Below are positions 1 to 9,443 of a stretch of 64,000 bases of DNA, in pieces. The DNA is taken from assembly GCA_963746335.1 (NCBI GenBank), contig CAVVAK010000009.1, positions 244,157 to 308,156 of the forward strand. Direction: 5' to 3'. This DNA comes from an uncultured Actinomycetota bacterium (lineage in GTDB: Bacteria > Actinomycetota > UBA4738 > HRBIN12). The translations under genes and the position numbers were made by a program. Below the pieces are notes generated by a model, which saw only the letters and a list, made by a program, of their open reading frames with translations, made no database searches and was not told where the DNA came from. Numbering within the stretch: position 1 is the stretch's first letter; every line of letters begins with the position of its first letter.

Positions 1-123
1 CCACCCACCAGCGCGCCCGCGATCCCGCACCCGACGACCACGATGGCGGTCTGCCGCAGCGCCGCGGCCACTGAGCTCGTCAGCCACCGGGGAGGAGCTG
101 CGGCGGTCGCGGCGGCGCTCATG
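1..123 (-). CDS. N-terminal fragment of an FAD/NAD(P)-binding oxidoreductase; the rest of the gene lies beyond the window start
   Basis: ATG at 123..121 (minus) reads MSAAATAAAPPRWLTSSVAAALRQTAIVVVGCGIAGALVG. VVVGCGIAG is a Rossmann GxGxxG motif. It is too short to appear in the ORF track. Confidence 0.35.
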
Positions 124-228
124 TCTTGATGTTCGGCCGTGGGACGGGTCCCGCGCAAGGGGGCGGCTACGCGGGCGTCGTGGGTGCTGGCACCCGCGAG
201 AGCGGGCCGAGCCCGGCGGAAACCCCCC

Positions 229-1899
229 TTAGAAGAGGCCCACGGTTCGACCGTCTTCGTCGAGGTCGACCTTCGTGAACGCGGGTGTCTTCCCGAGGCC
301 CGGCATCCGTTGCATGTCGCCGCAGAGGACCACCACGAACCCGGCGCCGGCGCTCGGGACCACGCCTCGAACGGGGAGCCGGTAGCCGGTCGGCCGGTTC
401 AGCATCGACGGGTCGTGGCTGAGCGACAGGTGGGTCTTCGCCATGCAGACCGGCACCTCGCCGAACCCGAGCTGCTCCATCCGAGCGAGGTCCTTCTCCG
501 CCTGTGGTTGGTAGTCCACGCCTTCGGCGCCGTAGATCTTCGTGGCGATCGCCTCGATCTGCTCCTTGAGGGGCGTTCCGTCCGGCGTGAGGAGCCGGAA
601 CGAGCTGGGCTGTTCGCACGCCGTGACGACCGCCTCGGCGAGCTCCACAGCGCCGGCGCCGCCCTCGGCGAACGCCCGGTTCACGACGACGGTCTCGGCA
701 CCCGCACCGCCCGCGAGCTCTCGGATCGTGTCGATCTCTTTCTCCGTGTCGGTGGGGAAGTTGTTGATCGAGACGACACAGGGCAGCCCGTAGGTCTTGA
801 CGATGCCGATGTGAGCCGCGAGGTTGTCGATCCCCTTGCGAAGGGCGTCCACGTCCTCGTTCACGAGCTGATCGAACGGCATCCCACCGTGGGACTTCGT
901 CGCGCGCACCGTGGTGACGAGCACGCCGGCGGAGGGAGCGAAGCCTCCCATCCGGCAAACGATGTCGCAGAACTTCTGGAACCCGAGGTCGGACGCGAAT
1001 CCCGCCTCGGTCACGACGTAGTCCGCGAGCTTCAGGGCGATCCGGTCTTCGATGATGGAGTTGTTCGCGTGGGCGATGTTGCCGAACGGGCCGGCGTGGA
1101 TCAGCGTGGGCTGCCCTTCGAGCGTCTGGACCAGGTTGGGCTTGATGGCTTCCTTCATGATCACGGCCATCGCGCCGGCGACCTTCAGGTCTCCGGCCGT
1201 GACCGGGGTCCCGTCGTACGTGGAGGCAACGACGACGCGACCGAGCCTCGCCCGGAGATCGGCGAGGTCGTTCGCGAGCGCCAGGACGGCCATGATCTCC
1301 GAGGCCGCGACGATCACGAACTGGTTCTCGCGGGGGACCCCGTGTGCCTTCCCGCCGAGGCCGACGACGTTGTAGCGCAGCTCGCGATCGTTCACGTCGA
1401 GCGTCCGCGGCCAGCTCACCGAGACCGGGTCGATGCCCAGCGGGTTCCCGTGGTAGATGGATGCGTCCATCGCGGCGGCCAGGAGGTTGTGCGCGGCCTG
1501 CACGGCGTGGAAGTCCCCGTTGAAATGGAGGTTGATCTCCTCCATCGGCACGACCTGCGCGTACCCGCCGCCGTTGCCGCCGCCCTTGATCCCGAAGACC
1601 GGGCCCATCGAAGGCTCGCGGAGGCAGAGCATCACGTCCTTACCGATCCGTCCCATGCCCTGTGCGAGGGAGATCGAGGTCGTGGTCTTGCCCTCGCCGG
1701 CCTTCGTCGGGGTGATCGCGGTCGTGATGACGAGCTTGCCGTCGGGTCGGTCGGCCAGCCGCTCGAGGATCGAGAGGGAGATCTTGCCCTTGAAGCGACC
1801 GTACTGCTCGAACTCGTCCTCGAGGATCCCGGCGTCCACCGCGATGTCCGTGATGGGGCGAAGGACTGCTTCTTGCGCGATCTCCAGCCCGCTCTTCAC
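229..1899 (-). CDS. fhs: formate--tetrahydrofolate ligase
   Basis: 556-aa ORF with a GTG start. It has the PTKAGEGKTTT P-loop and blocks such as GGGNGGGYAQVVPMEEINLHFNGDFHAV and is collinear with the Fhs family over its full length. Confidence 0.95.
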   Translation of the reverse strand: MKSGLEIAQEAVLRPITDIAVDAGILEDEFEQYGRFKGKISLSILERLADRPDGKLVITTAITPTKAGEGKTTTSISLAQGMGRIGKDVMLCLREPSMGPVFGIKGGGNGGGYAQVVPMEEINLHFNGDFHAVQAAHNLLAAAMDASIYHGNPLGIDPVSVSWPRTLDVNDRELRYNVVGLGGKAHGVPRENQFVIVAASEIMAVLALANDLADLRARLGRVVVASTYDGTPVTAGDLKVAGAMAVIMKEAIKPNLVQTLEGQPTLIHAGPFGNIAHANNSIIEDRIALKLADYVVTEAGFASDLGFQKFCDIVCRMGGFAPSAGVLVTTVRATKSHGGMPFDQLVNEDVDALRKGIDNLAAHIGIVKTYGLPCVVSINNFPTDTEKEIDTIRELAGGAGAETVVVNRAFAEGGAGAVELAEAVVTACEQPSSFRLLTPDGTPLKEQIEAIATKIYGAEGVDYQPQAEKDLARMEQLGFGEVPVCMAKTHLSLSHDPSMLNRPTGYRLPVRGVVPSAGAGFVVVLCGDMQRMPGLGKTPAFTKVDLDEDGRTVGLF

Positions 1900-2102
1900 G
1901 GCGTCGCCTCCCGGTCGGCACCCGACGGTGCTCGCAGCTTCTCTCGGCTTCTTGTCGGCTTTTGGGGTCGCGAGAGGATACCCGTTCCGTTCTCGGCGCG
2001 CGACGTCCGTCGGTGACCGTCAGGCCGTAGCGCGCGCCACCGCGCTCGGCGTAGGATGCGCCCAGCCGGCCCGCGGGAGGGCCGCTCGAAGGGAGGCGTC
2101 AG

Positions 2103-3500
2103 TTGGCCACCGACATCGAGGAGTTCGTGGAGCGGTCCGGGCGTGACGACGCGATCAAGGAGGTCCGCCGACAGATCGACGCCGAAGGCGTGACCTACAT
2201 GTACTACCAGTTCGTCTCGGTGACCGGACGCATCATGGGCAAGGGCATCCCGGCCAAGCACTGGGAGACGATCGCTCGCAAGGGCTTCCAGCTGGTGTAT
2301 GGGTCCACCGCCAACCTGTTCGTCGACCGTCTCGGGAACTACATCGGCTACGGCCCGGAGGCTCGGGAGCTCGTCGGGATCCCGGACGTCGAGACCTTCT
2401 GCGTGCTCCCCTGGGATCGGAAGACGGCAAGGGTCTTCTGCACGCTGTTCCGTGGACGCGAGGAGGAGGTCGACGGCGGAGCGTTCCTGACGTCGGACTG
2501 TCGCGGCAACCTCAGGCGGATCCATGACGAGTTCACGGAGGAGACCGGACTGCACCTGCGGGCCGGCACCGAGCCCGAGATGATGTGGCTGAAGACCAAC
2601 CCCGACGGGACGCCGTCGGTCGAAGGCAAGACCAAGCCGTACTGCTATCACATCGATCAGTTCTCGGAGCTCCAGCCGATCATCCACAAGGTGATGGAGT
2701 ACGGGAACGCGATGGGCCTCGACATGATCCAGGGCGACCACGAGGACGCGCCGGGACAGCTCGAGCTCAACTTCATGTTCGACAAGGCCGAGGCGACCGC
2801 CGACCGGCTCACGACCTATCGGCAGATCTGCCGTCAGGTGGGCCGGGAGATGGACGCGTTCGCGTGCTTCATGCCCAAGCCGTTCATGGGTGTCTCCGCG
2901 AACGGCTGTCACCACAACATCTCGCTCTGGCAGGGTGAGGAGAACATGTTCATGCCAGACGGCGACGATCCCCGTGTGCCGGGCAAGATCGGCTTGCACG
3001 CGATCGGCGGGGTGCTCGAGCATCTCCGGGCGCTCACGTGCATCACCTCGCCGACGGTGAACTCCTACCGGCGTTTCGCGGACGCCGGATTCTGGGCGCC
3101 GATCTTCGCGGACTGGGGCTTCCAGAACCGGACGACCGCGCTGCGGATCTCGGCTCCGGGACGATACGAGTACCGGTCCGTGGACTCGGCAGTGAATCCC
3201 TACCTGTCCTTCGCGGCTCTCCTCATGGCGATGAAGGACGGATTGTCCCGGAACCTCGACCCCGGTCCGCCGGAAGAGCGGAACATCTACGAAGCCATCG
3301 CCGAGGGCAAGGACGTGCAGAGGATCCCCGAGACGCTCGGCGAGGCCCTCGAGGCCCTCGAGGCGGACGACGTCGTGAAGGCGGCGCTGCCGGGGGACAT
3401 GTACCGGGTGTTCATGCACTACAAGACGGACGAATGGAAGCGATTCATCGGGACGGTCAGCGACTGGGACGTCAACGAGTATCTGGACATCCTTCCGTAG
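2103..3500 (+). CDS. gmaS: glutamine-synthetase-fold enzyme, most likely gamma-glutamylmethylamide synthetase
   Basis: 465 aa with a TTG start preceded by GAAGGGAGG. The sequence is GS-like (TEPEMMWLK, HHNISLW, SYRRF). It is immediately followed by mgsABC-type genes, the canonical gmaS context. Confidence 0.75.
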   Translation: MATDIEEFVERSGRDDAIKEVRRQIDAEGVTYMYYQFVSVTGRIMGKGIPAKHWETIARKGFQLVYGSTANLFVDRLGNYIGYGPEARELVGIPDVETFCVLPWDRKTARVFCTLFRGREEEVDGGAFLTSDCRGNLRRIHDEFTEETGLHLRAGTEPEMMWLKTNPDGTPSVEGKTKPYCYHIDQFSELQPIIHKVMEYGNAMGLDMIQGDHEDAPGQLELNFMFDKAEATADRLTTYRQICRQVGREMDAFACFMPKPFMGVSANGCHHNISLWQGEENMFMPDGDDPRVPGKIGLHAIGGVLEHLRALTCITSPTVNSYRRFADAGFWAPIFADWGFQNRTTALRISAPGRYEYRSVDSAVNPYLSFAALLMAMKDGLSRNLDPGPPEERNIYEAIAEGKDVQRIPETLGEALEALEADDVVKAALPGDMYRVFMHYKTDEWKRFIGTVSDWDVNEYLDILP

Positions 3501-3579
3501 TTCTTAGCCTTCTCTGGCCGTAGGATTCCGGTCGCGGAGTTCGGCTCGAGGACTCGAGGAAAGGAGCGGCGCCCTTCCC

Positions 3580-4509
3580 ATGTGCGGCATCGCAGGCATC
3601 ATCCACCGTGACGGCTCGGCCGACGTCGGGACCGAGATGACCCAGATGCTCCAGGCGATGAAGCACCGGGGACCGGACTCGTCCGGCTACGCGCTCTTCG
3701 GTGAGCCGTCGGACCTGGTCGTCATCCGGTTCAAGCTCGCCGACGCCAACGACCCTCGGGATTTCGATTTCAAGGAGCGCCTGGATCGGAACCGCCAGGA
3801 AGTGGAGTCGCGCCTCCACAAGATCGGTGCCTCGGTCGACCGGGTCGAGAGCGAGACGGAATACGCCTACCGAGCCACCGTGCGATACGACGGGGACATG
3901 AAGGCCCTCGCCGACTATCTCGAGGACGTCCCCGGATGCGAGGTCCTCTCGTTGGGGCATTCCCTGGAGATCGTGAAGGACCTGGGCGACGCGCAGGAGG
4001 TTTCGGATCTGTATCGCTTGGGCGGGTTCACGGGCACCCACGCGATCGGGCACGTCCGCATGGCGACCGAGTCCGACGTGGATATCTCCGGGGCGCACCC
4101 GTACTGGGCGTATCCGTTCTCCGATGTCGCCGTGGTGCACAACGGGCAGCTGACGAACTACTTCCAATGGAAGCGACGACTCGAGTCCAACGGGGAGCGG
4201 TTCCAGTCGGAATGCGACTCCGAGATCATCGCGGTGTACCTCGCAGAGAAGATGTCCGAAGGCGACTCCCTCGAGGACGCGATGCACAAGAGTCTCGAGG
4301 ACCTGGACGGCGTCTTCACGTACATGGCGGTCACGAAGGATGCCCTCGGCGTCGCGAAGGACGAGATGGCCGCGAAGCCGTTGGTCCTCTACGAGTCCGA
4401 CGGACTGGTCGCGATGGCGTCGGAAGAGATCGCGATCCGGGCGGTGCTCAACCGCGAGATCGATACCTCGGATCCGTACGAAGGGCAGGTGCTCGTGTGG
4501 ACACGATGA
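3580..4509 (+). CDS. mgsA: N-methylglutamate synthase subunit A (class-II glutamine amidotransferase, GlxB-like)
   Basis: 309 aa. The N-terminal MCGIAG carries the Cys2 nucleophile of Ntn amidotransferases. The stop overlaps the next start (ATGA at 4506-4509). Confidence 0.85.
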   Translation: MCGIAGIIHRDGSADVGTEMTQMLQAMKHRGPDSSGYALFGEPSDLVVIRFKLADANDPRDFDFKERLDRNRQEVESRLHKIGASVDRVESETEYAYRATVRYDGDMKALADYLEDVPGCEVLSLGHSLEIVKDLGDAQEVSDLYRLGGFTGTHAIGHVRMATESDVDISGAHPYWAYPFSDVAVVHNGQLTNYFQWKRRLESNGERFQSECDSEIIAVYLAEKMSEGDSLEDAMHKSLEDLDGVFTYMAVTKDALGVAKDEMAAKPLVLYESDGLVAMASEEIAIRAVLNREIDTSDPYEGQVLVWTR

Positions 4510-5288
4510 GCGGATCGAGGCGCACCACCTACGACGCCCGGGGCCTCGCGGAGCCGCATGCCGAGATCCCCAAGGTCTCCGACATCGACGGCGTCACGGC
4601 CGGCTTCGATGCGACGGATCTGACCACCCGGGAGATCAACCTCGAGCTGCGCTGGCTGATCTACGAGCAGGGGATCCGCGACGTCACGGTGCGCAACCCC
4701 GGGGCGAAGCATTCGATCGGTGTCGGGATCCTGCAGCGCTGCCGGATCCGGTTCGAGGGCTCCCTGGGCTACTTCGGGCTCGGGCTGAACGACGGCCCCG
4801 AGATCACCGTGACCGGCCGCGTCGGCTGGTCATCCTGCGAGAACATGATGTCCGGGGTCGTCGTGATCGAGAAGAACGCCGGCTCCCTCACCGGAGCGGC
4901 CATGCGAGGCGGAGACCTCATCGTCAAGGGCAGCGTCGGCGCCCGCACCGGGATCGACCAGAAGGGCGGGACGATCATCGTCGGGGGCGACGCCGGCACG
5001 ATGACCGCCTTCATGATGCAGCGAGGCAGGCAGATCATCCTCGGAGATGTCGGTCCCGGGCTCGGTGACTCGATGTACGAGGGTTCGATCTACGTGGCCG
5101 GGAAGGTCAAGTCGCTCGGGATCGACTGCGTCGAGGAAGCGTGGACGGATGCGGACACAGAGATGATCGAACGGAAGTTCCGGATCTACGGACTCGGAAG
5201 CCCGCCCGCGTTCCAGAAGTTCGGCTGCGGCAAGATGCTCTACAACTACGACAACCTCGAGCCGAGCGAGAAGAAGTACGTCATCTGA
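4506..5288 (+). CDS. mgsB: N-methylglutamate synthase subunit B (GXGXG-repeat domain, GlxC-like)
   Basis: In-frame ATG at 4506 inside track ORF 3936..5288; the upstream part is Arg-rich shadow sequence. The 260-aa product has repeated Gly-rich beta-helix repeats (GSLGYFGLG, GRVGWSSCENM, GAAMRGGDLIV, GTIIVGGDAG) typical of the GltB C-terminal domain. Confidence 0.85.
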   Translation: MSGSRRTTYDARGLAEPHAEIPKVSDIDGVTAGFDATDLTTREINLELRWLIYEQGIRDVTVRNPGAKHSIGVGILQRCRIRFEGSLGYFGLGLNDGPEITVTGRVGWSSCENMMSGVVVIEKNAGSLTGAAMRGGDLIVKGSVGARTGIDQKGGTIIVGGDAGTMTAFMMQRGRQIILGDVGPGLGDSMYEGSIYVAGKVKSLGIDCVEEAWTDADTEMIERKFRIYGLGSPPAFQKFGCGKMLYNYDNLEPSEKKYVI

Positions 5289-5345
5289 ACGGCCGAGGGG
5301 CTCGATGCCAGGAAGAGCGAACCCAAGAAGAGTGAACAAGGAGAC

Positions 5346-6752
5346 GTGATGGCAGAGGTCTCGTCCCAGAAGGACGTGCTCGGACGGAGTCCGATCTTCA
5401 CGGAGGAGGTCATCAACGACATCCATGTGAAGTCGGAGCTCGGCCGATACCGCATGCGCGGGTTCTCGATGTTCAAGCCGATCCCGCACTGGGACCAGCT
5501 GATGTTCCTGCCCGGGACGCTGACGCGCTTCGTCATCGAGGGCTACCGCGAGAAGTGTGAGACCAAGACGGTGCTCGGCGCCCGCTTCGCGAAGGACCCG
5601 ATCGAGTTGGAGATCCCGATCTACATCACGGGGATGTCGTTCGGGGCGCTCTCGCTCGAGGCGAAGATGGCGCTCGCGAAGGGTGCGTCGATGGCCGGGA
5701 CGGCCACATGCTCGGGCGAAGGGGGCATGATCCCGCCGGAACGAGACCTCTCGACGAAGTGGTACTACCAGAACATCCAGTCCCGGTACGGGTTCAACCC
5801 GCATCACCTGATGCTGGCCGACGCCTGCGAGTTCTTCATCGGCCAGGGCTGCAAGGTCGGCCTCGGCGGGCACCTGATGGGCCAGAAGGTCACGGAGCAG
5901 GTCGCGGAGATGCGCTCCCTGCCTGCGGGGATCGACCAGCGCTCCCCGGCGCGGCACCCCGACTGGCTCGGGCCCGACGACCTATCGCTGAAGGTCCAGG
6001 AGGTCCGCGAGGCGACGGACTATCGGATCCCGATCCAGCTGAAGCTGGGAGCCGCGCGCGTCTACGACGACATCCGCATGGCCGCCAAGTGCGGGCCGGA
6101 CATCATCTACCTGGACGGCGCCGAGGGATCCACGGGCGCCGGCCCCCACATCGCCACCGAGGAGACCGGGATCCCGCTCATGGCCGCGATCCCCGAAGCT
6201 CGCCGGGCGCTGGAGGACGTGGGGCTGGCGGACGACGTCGACCTGGTCGTGGCGGGGGGGATCCGCAACGGCGCCGACGTCGCGAAGTGCATCGCGCTCG
6301 GCGCGGACGCCGTCGCGATCGGGACCGCCGCGCTGATGGCCCTGAACTGCAACAAGGAGATCCCCGGGGTCACGGACTACGAAGGGACCGTCGGGGTGCC
6401 CGCGGGCCAGTGCTATCACTGCCACACGGGTCGTTGCCCGGTGGGGATCACCACGCAAGACCCGGAGCTCCGGAAGCGCCTGGAAGTGGACTCCGCCGCG
6501 ACGCGCGTGTACAACCTGCTGACCGCGATGACCATGGAGCTCCAGATGCTCGCGCGGGCATGCGGGAAGACCGACGTGCACTCGCTCGAGCCCGAAGACC
6601 TCTGTGCACTCACGGTCGAGGCCGCCGCGATGGCCAAGGTGCCGCTTGCCGGCACGAACTACGTCCCGGGAGTTACCGAGCAGGGGACGTTGGACGAGAT
6701 CAAGACCCTGATGCAGAAGTACATGGCCGACACCGGGCAGTTCCCCACGTAG
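5346..6752 (+). CDS. mgsC: N-methylglutamate synthase subunit C (FMN-binding glutamate-synthase central domain, GlxD-like)
   Basis: 468 aa with CSGEGGM, LDGAEGSTGAGP, VAGGIRNGADVAK and the Cys cluster CYHCHTGRCPVGITTQ. An AAGGAG RBS lies upstream. ATG at 5349 is an equally good start. Confidence 0.88.
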   Translation: MMAEVSSQKDVLGRSPIFTEEVINDIHVKSELGRYRMRGFSMFKPIPHWDQLMFLPGTLTRFVIEGYREKCETKTVLGARFAKDPIELEIPIYITGMSFGALSLEAKMALAKGASMAGTATCSGEGGMIPPERDLSTKWYYQNIQSRYGFNPHHLMLADACEFFIGQGCKVGLGGHLMGQKVTEQVAEMRSLPAGIDQRSPARHPDWLGPDDLSLKVQEVREATDYRIPIQLKLGAARVYDDIRMAAKCGPDIIYLDGAEGSTGAGPHIATEETGIPLMAAIPEARRALEDVGLADDVDLVVAGGIRNGADVAKCIALGADAVAIGTAALMALNCNKEIPGVTDYEGTVGVPAGQCYHCHTGRCPVGITTQDPELRKRLEVDSAATRVYNLLTAMTMELQMLARACGKTDVHSLEPEDLCALTVEAAAMAKVPLAGTNYVPGVTEQGTLDEIKTLMQKYMADTGQFPT

Positions 6753-6774
6753 AGGCCAGAGAACGGAGAAGACG

Positions 6775-7209
6775 ATGGACGAACCGCAGCTGTCGACGAA
6801 GATCGGGATCGATGCGGAGGAGCTCGCCGGCCGGCGATTCCCCTATCAGGAGGACATGTCACTCGTGGAGGACATCGACCTCGATGCGCTGACTCCGGGA
6901 GAGGATCTGAACTGGCTCGAGGACGTCACGCTCCTTCAAGAGGACGGCGTCGCCGCGGTTTTCGATCGCTACTCGAACTCCTTCCTGAAGATCTATTTCG
7001 AGATCCCCGCCGGTCGAGAGGACGAGTTCGCCCGCAAGGTGCTGATGAAGCACCTGATCGAAGGCGATTCGTACGGGATCCAGCTGAAGACCAAGCACGC
7101 GAAGTTCCCGCAGCCGATGCTCGGGCCATGGGTGGAGAACTCGGAGATCGTCGGTGCGGACTGGAAGCCGGCGGTGATGGAGGGCTGGGAACGGCCCGCC
7201 GGCCACTGA
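6775..7209 (+). CDS. hypothetical acidic protein, no family recognised
   Basis: 144-aa ORF with normal GC3-rich codon usage and a GGAGAAG RBS. It starts 22 nt after mgsC and ends 22 nt before the next gene on the same strand. Confidence 0.7.
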   Translation: MDEPQLSTKIGIDAEELAGRRFPYQEDMSLVEDIDLDALTPGEDLNWLEDVTLLQEDGVAAVFDRYSNSFLKIYFEIPAGREDEFARKVLMKHLIEGDSYGIQLKTKHAKFPQPMLGPWVENSEIVGADWKPAVMEGWERPAGH

Positions 7210-7231
7210 TCACCGTGCAGAGCTCCGATCC

Positions 7232-8041
7232 ATGCCAGGCCCTGATCGGATGACGGACCGACGCCCATTGGTCGCGATCTCGGAAGGCTTCGCCGACTAC
7301 GGCGACTACTACGGATACGGGTACGGGCGCCCGCTGCTCGCAGCGGACGCCCTCCCCGTCCTCCTCCCGTACTACGAACGGGAGGAGGATCGAGTTGGCT
7401 TGATCGAGCAGATCGACGGCCTCGTCCTCGCCGGGGGCAGGGACATCGAGGCCTGGCGCTACGGGCGTGAGGAGCCCCATCCCAAGCACCTACCCGGGCA
7501 GCCCTTCCTGGACGAGATCGACATCTCCTACGCGCTGCTCGCGGTCGAGCTGGAGGTGCCCGTCCTGGGCGTATGCCGGGGGTGTCAGGTGCTGAACGTC
7601 GCCCTCGGCGGGACGCTCTACGGAGATCTCGACGAGTTCCCGGAGGGTGGTGCGGATCATCCCGGTGCCAAGTGGGACGAGTGGCGAGCCTTGGTCGCCG
7701 CGACGCTCGAGGGGACGGAGCGCCCTCCGCACCCCAGCCATCCCGTCGATCTGAAGCCGGGGTCGCTCCTCGCTTCCCATCTCGGGGAGCGCTATGAGGT
7801 GGACAGCTACCACCATCAAGCGGTGAAGGATCTGGGGACCGGCCTCGAAGCGGTCGCCTGGGCGCCGCACGGGACCATCGAGGCTATCGAGATGCCCGGT
7901 GCACCCGTGTTCGTTCTCGGTGTCCAGTGGGAGCTCCATGAGGAGTGGCAGGACGACGAGCGTTCGCTCGCCATCTGGCGCACGTTCGTCGACGACGCCC
8001 GGCGCCGGATGGAGGCGCGTGAGGAGGTCTGGGTTCCCTGA
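7232..8041 (+). CDS. peptidase C26 / class-I glutamine amidotransferase-type gamma-glutamyl hydrolase (PuuD-like)
   Basis: 269 aa with GVCRGCQVLNVALGG (nucleophile Cys) and YHHQAV (catalytic His), the layout of gamma-glutamyl-GABA hydrolase family proteins. Confidence 0.8.
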   Translation: MPGPDRMTDRRPLVAISEGFADYGDYYGYGYGRPLLAADALPVLLPYYEREEDRVGLIEQIDGLVLAGGRDIEAWRYGREEPHPKHLPGQPFLDEIDISYALLAVELEVPVLGVCRGCQVLNVALGGTLYGDLDEFPEGGADHPGAKWDEWRALVAATLEGTERPPHPSHPVDLKPGSLLASHLGERYEVDSYHHQAVKDLGTGLEAVAWAPHGTIEAIEMPGAPVFVLGVQWELHEEWQDDERSLAIWRTFVDDARRRMEAREEVWVP

Positions 8042-8105
8042 CCGGCTCCACGCAGGGAAGACCCTAGAATCCTCTCGGAACCGACCTCGAAAGGTGGTCG
8101 TTGGG

Positions 8106-9440
8106 ATGACGCTTCCGGAGCATGCGCGGGTCGTCGTGATCGGTGCCGGCGTCCACGGCCTCTCCACTGCCTGGCATCTGGCGAACGAACTCCGAGCTCG
8201 CGGCGTCGGAGACGGAAGGGACGTCGTCATCCTCGACAAGGAAGGGGTCGGCGCCGGCCCGTCGGGCATCGCCTGCGGCGTGATCCGGAACAACTACTTC
8301 CAGCCCGCGATGCGCGAGCTGATGGCGCACTCGGTGCAGGTCTGGGAGTCGGACCCCGAGGCCTTCCACTACCACCCGATCGGCTATCTCCAGATCGGCC
8401 CGGAGGTGATGCGCGCCGACGTGGCGCAGATCCACGAGGAGCAACAGGCGATCGGGTATCCGTCGGAGCTGATCGAGGGCGACGACGATTGCCGGACCTA
8501 CATGGAGTCGATCTTCTCGGATTGGCAGGCCAAGAACATCTCGGTGGTCCTGCACGAGAAGAAGGGCGGATACGCCGAGAACATGCCGTCGATGCGCGGC
8601 CTCCGCGGGAAGAGTGAGGCGCTCGATGTCGAGCTCCACACGCCGGTGACGGTGACGGGGCTCGCGGTCGACGGCGGGGCGGTGACCGCCGTGGAGACCG
8701 ACAGGGGAACGATCGCCTGCGAGCAGCTCGTGGTGGCGGCCGGTCCCTGGGTCCGGGATTTCTGGCACATGCTCGACCTGCCCGGCGTCGTCGACGTGAA
8801 GGGCCGCGACGGCACGGTGTACGAGCGTCCGATGTGGACGTACTGGTGCCTCCAGGAGGGAACCCTCGGGGTCGATCCCACCTACCTCGTGGACAACGAG
8901 GGGAACATGCCGCCCGTGGTCCATCTGGACACGGATGCGCCCCTGCTCGACGACATGGACGGCTCGACCGTGAGCGAAGACCTCTGGGGCATCTACTACA
9001 AGCCCGACTTCAACTTCGGCGGCGTCCAGGGGGGGGCGATGCCGTGGGTGGTCGAGCAACCGGCAGACGATGTCGCGGTCGACCCGTACGGGGAGAGGAG
9101 CACGGAGTTCCTCGTGACGCCGGAGTTCGAGCGTATGTGGACGTCCGCGCTGGCGCACTGTCAGAAGCGCTTCGAGGGCAAGCGGCCGCTCTACCGGAAG
9201 GCGCCCACCGGAGGCATCGGCGCGTTCACGCCGGACAGCTTCCCTGTGTTCGACCTGTTCCGCGAGAACGCCTACGTGATCGCCGACTCGAACCACGGCT
9301 ACAAGATGATCGGGATCGGAGCGCTCGTCGCGAAGGAGCTCCTCGGAGAGAACCAGTCGCTGCTCGAACCCTTCCGGTTCTCCCGCTTCGCGGAGGGTCG
9401 GCTGCACCCGGTCAGTCATTCCCCGTACCCCTGGAGCTAG
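8106..9440 (+). CDS. FAD-dependent oxidoreductase of the DAO / sarcosine-oxidase-beta-like family
   Basis: ATG at 8106 (track ORF 7899..9440 trimmed). The N-terminal VVVIGAGVHGLSTAWHLA is an FAD Rossmann motif. It is 444 aa and has no adjacent alpha/gamma/delta subunit genes. Confidence 0.8.
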   Translation: MTLPEHARVVVIGAGVHGLSTAWHLANELRARGVGDGRDVVILDKEGVGAGPSGIACGVIRNNYFQPAMRELMAHSVQVWESDPEAFHYHPIGYLQIGPEVMRADVAQIHEEQQAIGYPSELIEGDDDCRTYMESIFSDWQAKNISVVLHEKKGGYAENMPSMRGLRGKSEALDVELHTPVTVTGLAVDGGAVTAVETDRGTIACEQLVVAAGPWVRDFWHMLDLPGVVDVKGRDGTVYERPMWTYWCLQEGTLGVDPTYLVDNEGNMPPVVHLDTDAPLLDDMDGSTVSEDLWGIYYKPDFNFGGVQGGAMPWVVEQPADDVAVDPYGERSTEFLVTPEFERMWTSALAHCQKRFEGKRPLYRKAPTGGIGAFTPDSFPVFDLFRENAYVIADSNHGYKMIGIGALVAKELLGENQSLLEPFRFSRFAEGRLHPVSHSPYPWS

Positions 9441-9443
9441 CCG

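Noticed and set aside
139-2016. 625-aa plus-strand ORF opposite fhs. Similar long ORFs are 1896..3419(-), 8064..10043(-), 11367..13766(+), 14591..16348(+), 17540..18910(-), 20916..22472(-) and 27544..29691(-).
   Set aside because: All are antisense to, or out of frame with, ORFs that have clear family signatures. Their translations are Arg/Pro/Gly/Asp-rich low-complexity sequence, typical of stop-poor shadow frames in very GC-rich DNA.
1900-2102. Possible ZTP (pfl-motif) or THF riboswitch upstream of fhs, or a glutamine riboswitch upstream of the GS-like gene, in the 203-nt divergent intergenic region.
   Set aside because: I could not find the conserved cores on either strand (UGACUGGCG ... 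CCGCCUGGGC for ZTP; the THF or glnA motifs). Only generic GC hairpins are present.
3936-4505. N-terminal extensions of track ORFs: 3936 for mgsB, 7899 for the FAD oxidoreductase, 17450 for soxA, 20283 for soxB, 26710 for the Fe-S subunit, 31896 for COG2403, 37945 for ltaE, 38787 for the Moco protein, 45814 for psuG, and 42963 for pknB.
   Set aside because: The extended parts overlap the preceding gene and translate to Arg-rich nonsense. Internal starts coincide with RBS-like sequences or with stop/start overlaps, and with the family N-termini.
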